Origin: Scyliorhinus canicula
Lineage: Eukaryota
Assembly (NCBI RefSeq): GCF_902713615.1
Contig: NC_052154.1
Location: forward strand, 92,139,030-92,203,029
Length of the DNA stretch: 64,000 nucleotides
Reading direction: 5' to 3'
Both the position numbers and the translations under genes were made by a program. The notes under the pieces were generated by a model that was not told where the DNA came from, searched no databases, and was given only the letters and a program-made list of their open reading frames with translations. Positions 61,072 to 64,000 of the stretch are shown here, in pieces; within the stretch, counting starts at the first letter, position 1, and each line of letters starts with the position of its first letter.

Positions 61072-61268
61072 CGTAAGAAGTCTTACAACACCAGGTTAAA
61101 GTCCAACAGGTTTGTTTCAAACACGAGCGTTCGGAGCATTGCTCCTTCCTCACCTGAGGAAGCAGTGCTCCGAAAGCTCGTGTTTGAAACAAACCTGTTG
61201 GACTTTAACCTGGTGTTGTAAGACTTCTTACTGTGCTCACCCCAGTCCAATGCCGGCATCTCCACATC
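61072..61268 (+). mobile_element. Copy B of the palindromic Penelope-type mini-element
   Basis: Matches 45753-45949, with the same TSD. Confidence 0.85.
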
Positions 61269-61906
61269 AATGATAGCTTAAAGAGAGGAATAATAACCAT
61301 GTGCACAGATTGATGAAAACGATAGATACGTATGCAGCAGATTATAGAAGAAGATATGAAAACGTGGACACTGAAGCAGATTTGGCAGACATCTCTCGGA
61401 TGAAGTTCTTCGTGGAATAATAACAGGCGATCATTTTTAGGAGCAGGAATGACAGCTCATTCGCCAGGGTCAGAAACAATAATTGAAAATAGAATATGTT
61501 TAGTGTGCTGTTTCTCAAATATTTAACAGTTTAAGGAAAGTAAGTTTGGAGAAATAATCAATATTTTAATGAGGAGTTAGGATTCAAAATCAGTATGGTG
61601 ATGATGAATGTATACACACCGTCGGATAGGCTGCATTCATAAATTACCTTTATATCTCAGCAAAGTATGTGGTAAAGAATGTCAGGAACATATTGCTAAA
61701 ACAATATTTTTACTGCGATAGGATCAAAGCTGAGACTTTTCACATGTAACGGGGAACAAGTCGAGGAATGAAAGTGCTTGATGTGAGACAAGTAATATGA
61801 AACCTCACTGGGGTGTTGGAAGTGTTCAAGCAGAATGGCCAGTTAAAGAGAATAATATTTCCTTTCGGGAATTGCTTACCAGGATATGTAGAAATGTTAT
61901 TATCTC

Positions 61907-64000
61907 TCAATTCCTGGGGCATTGGGACCGGTTCTGGGGGAGGTGGGACCAGTACAAACCGGACGGTCTGCACTTGGGCAGGACTGGAACCGATGTCCTA
62001 GGGGGGGTGTTTGCAAGAGCTGTTGGGGAGGGTTTAAACTAATGTGGCAGGGGGATGGGAACCAATGCTGGAAGTTGGAAGGTAGTAAAACAGGTACAGA
62101 AACAAAAGGAAGTAAGGGGAAAAGTGCAAGGCAGAGAAGACATAGTCAGAAATCCATAAGGGCGACAGTGCAAGGTACAGTGACTGAGGGGAGCACAGTG
62201 AATAGGCCCAGTAATAACAAAAGGAATAAAACTGGAGATGTTAAGATTCAAAACAGAGGTAAAAAAACCAACATAAGTGAACTTTACCTGAATGCTCGTA
62301 GTATTCGGAATAAAGTAAATGAGTTGGTGGCACAAATCATCGTAAATGACTATGATTTAGTGGCCATTACTGAAACATGGTTAAAGGATGGTCACGACTG
62401 GGAGTTAAATATCCGAGGGTATCAAACTATTCGGAAGGACAGAGTGGATGGTAAGGGAGGTGGTGTTGCTCTGTTATTTAAGGATGACATCCGGGCAATA
62501 AGAACATAAGAACATAAGAACTAGGAGCAGGAGTAGGCCATCTGGCCCCTCGAGCCTGCTCCGCCATTCAATTAGATCATGGCTGATCTTTTGTGGACTC
62601 AGCTCCACTTTCCGGCCCGAACACCATAACCCTTAATCCCTTTATTCTTCAAAAAACTATCTATCTTTACCTTAAAAACATGTAATGAAGGAGCCTCAAC
62701 TGCTTCACTGGGCAAGGAATTCCATAGATTCACAACCCTTTGGGTGAAGAAGTTCCTCCTAAACTCAGTCCTAAATCTACTTCCCCTTATTTTGAGGCTA
62801 TGCCCCCTAGTTCTGCTGTCACCCGCCAGTGGAAACAACCTGCCCGCATCTATCCTATCTATTCCCTTCATAATTTTAAATGTTTCTATAAGATCCCCCC
62901 TCATCCTTCTAAATTCCAACGAGTACAGTCCCAGTCTACTCAACCTCTCCTCATAATCCAACCCCTTCAGCTCTGGGATTAGTAAGGGATGACATCGGTG
63001 CTATGGAGGATAAGGTTGAATCCATTTGGGTGGAAATCAGGAATAGTAAGGCGAAAAAGTCACTGATAGGAGTAGTCTATCAGCCACCAAATAGTAACGA
63101 TATGGTGGGGCAGGCAATAAACAAAGAAATAACTGATGCATGTAGAAATGGTACAGCAGTTATCATGGGGGATTTCAATCTACATGTCGATTGGTTTAAC
63201 CAGGTCGGTCAAGGAAACCGTGAGGAGGAGTTTATAGAATGTATCCGCGATAGTTTCCTAGAACAGTATGTAATGGAACCTACGAGGGAACAAGCGGTCC
63301 TAGATCTTGTCCTGTGTAATGAGACAGGATTGATTCATGATCTCATAGTTAGGGATCCTCTCGGAAGGAGCGATCACAATATGGTGGAATTTAAAATACA
63401 GATGGAGGGTGAGAAAGTAAAATCAAATACTAGTGTTTGGTGTTTAAACAAAGGAGATTACAAGGGGATGAGAGAAGAACTAGCTAAGGTAGACTGGGAG
63501 CTAAGACTTTATGGTGGAACAGTTGAGGAACAGTGGAGAACCTTCCAAGCGATTTTTCACAGTGCTCAGCAAAGGTTTATACCAACAAAAAGGAAGGACG
63601 GAAGAAAGAGGGAAAATCGACCGTGGATATCTAAGGAAATAAGGGAGAGTATCAAATTGAAGGAAAAAGCATATAAAGTGGCAAAGAGTGCTGGGAGATT
63701 AGAGGACTGGGAAATCTTTAGGGGGCAACAGAAAGCTACTAAAAAAGCTATAAAGAAGAGTAAGATAGAGTATGAGAGTAAACTTGCTCAGAATATAAAA
63801 ACAGACAGTAAAAGTTTTTACAAATATATAAGACAAAAAAGAGTGGCTAAGGTAAATATTGGTCCTTTAGAGGATGAGAAGGGAGTTTTAATAATGGGAA
63901 ATGAGGAAATGGCTGAGGAACTGAACAGGTTTTTTGGGTCGGTCTTCACAGTGGAAGACACAAATAACATGCCAGCGACTGATAGAAATGAGGCTATGAC
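61907..64000 (+). mobile_element. Copy B of the CR1 with nested antisense CR1 fragment (62501-62981)
   Basis: Matches 46588-48687. Confidence 0.93.

Larger units (their letters stand above)
50072..64000 (+). repeat. Near-identical second copy of 34774-48687
   Basis: Colinear at an offset of about 15.3 kb, differing by scattered SNPs, 1-bp indels, a 26-bp indel near 56402 and one LINE-tail unit. Confidence 0.97.

Overview
This is eukaryotic, repeat-rich vertebrate DNA, most likely from a shark. That call is an inference from the CR1/HER1-like LINEs and HE1-like tRNA-derived SINEs that share 3' tails. The host genes form a small family of non-rearranging immunoglobulin-superfamily receptor-like genes on the + strand, built as leader, single-exon VJ-type V domain, C1-set domain and TM, with all introns in phase 1. 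Gene 1 (6916-13257) is complete and encodes 260 aa with an 8-aa tail. Gene 2 (leader, V and C1; 42750-45500) appears again at 58069-60819. Between the genes lie CR1, L2-like, Rex1, Penelope, Gypsy/Gmr1 and Harbinger relics. There is also a young, multiply deleted class I endogenous retrovirus (32798-39716) with a tRNA-Ile PBS, a 4-bp TSD, an intact integrase and a truncated env. Short palindromic Penelope-type insertions carry minimal hammerhead ribozyme motifs. The stretch 34774-48687 is repeated at 50072-64000 across a 500-N gap and is probably an uncollapsed contig or haplotype overlap. No CRISPR, rRNA or true tRNA genes were seen. All alignments and translations were done by eye, and most repeat boundaries are approximate.
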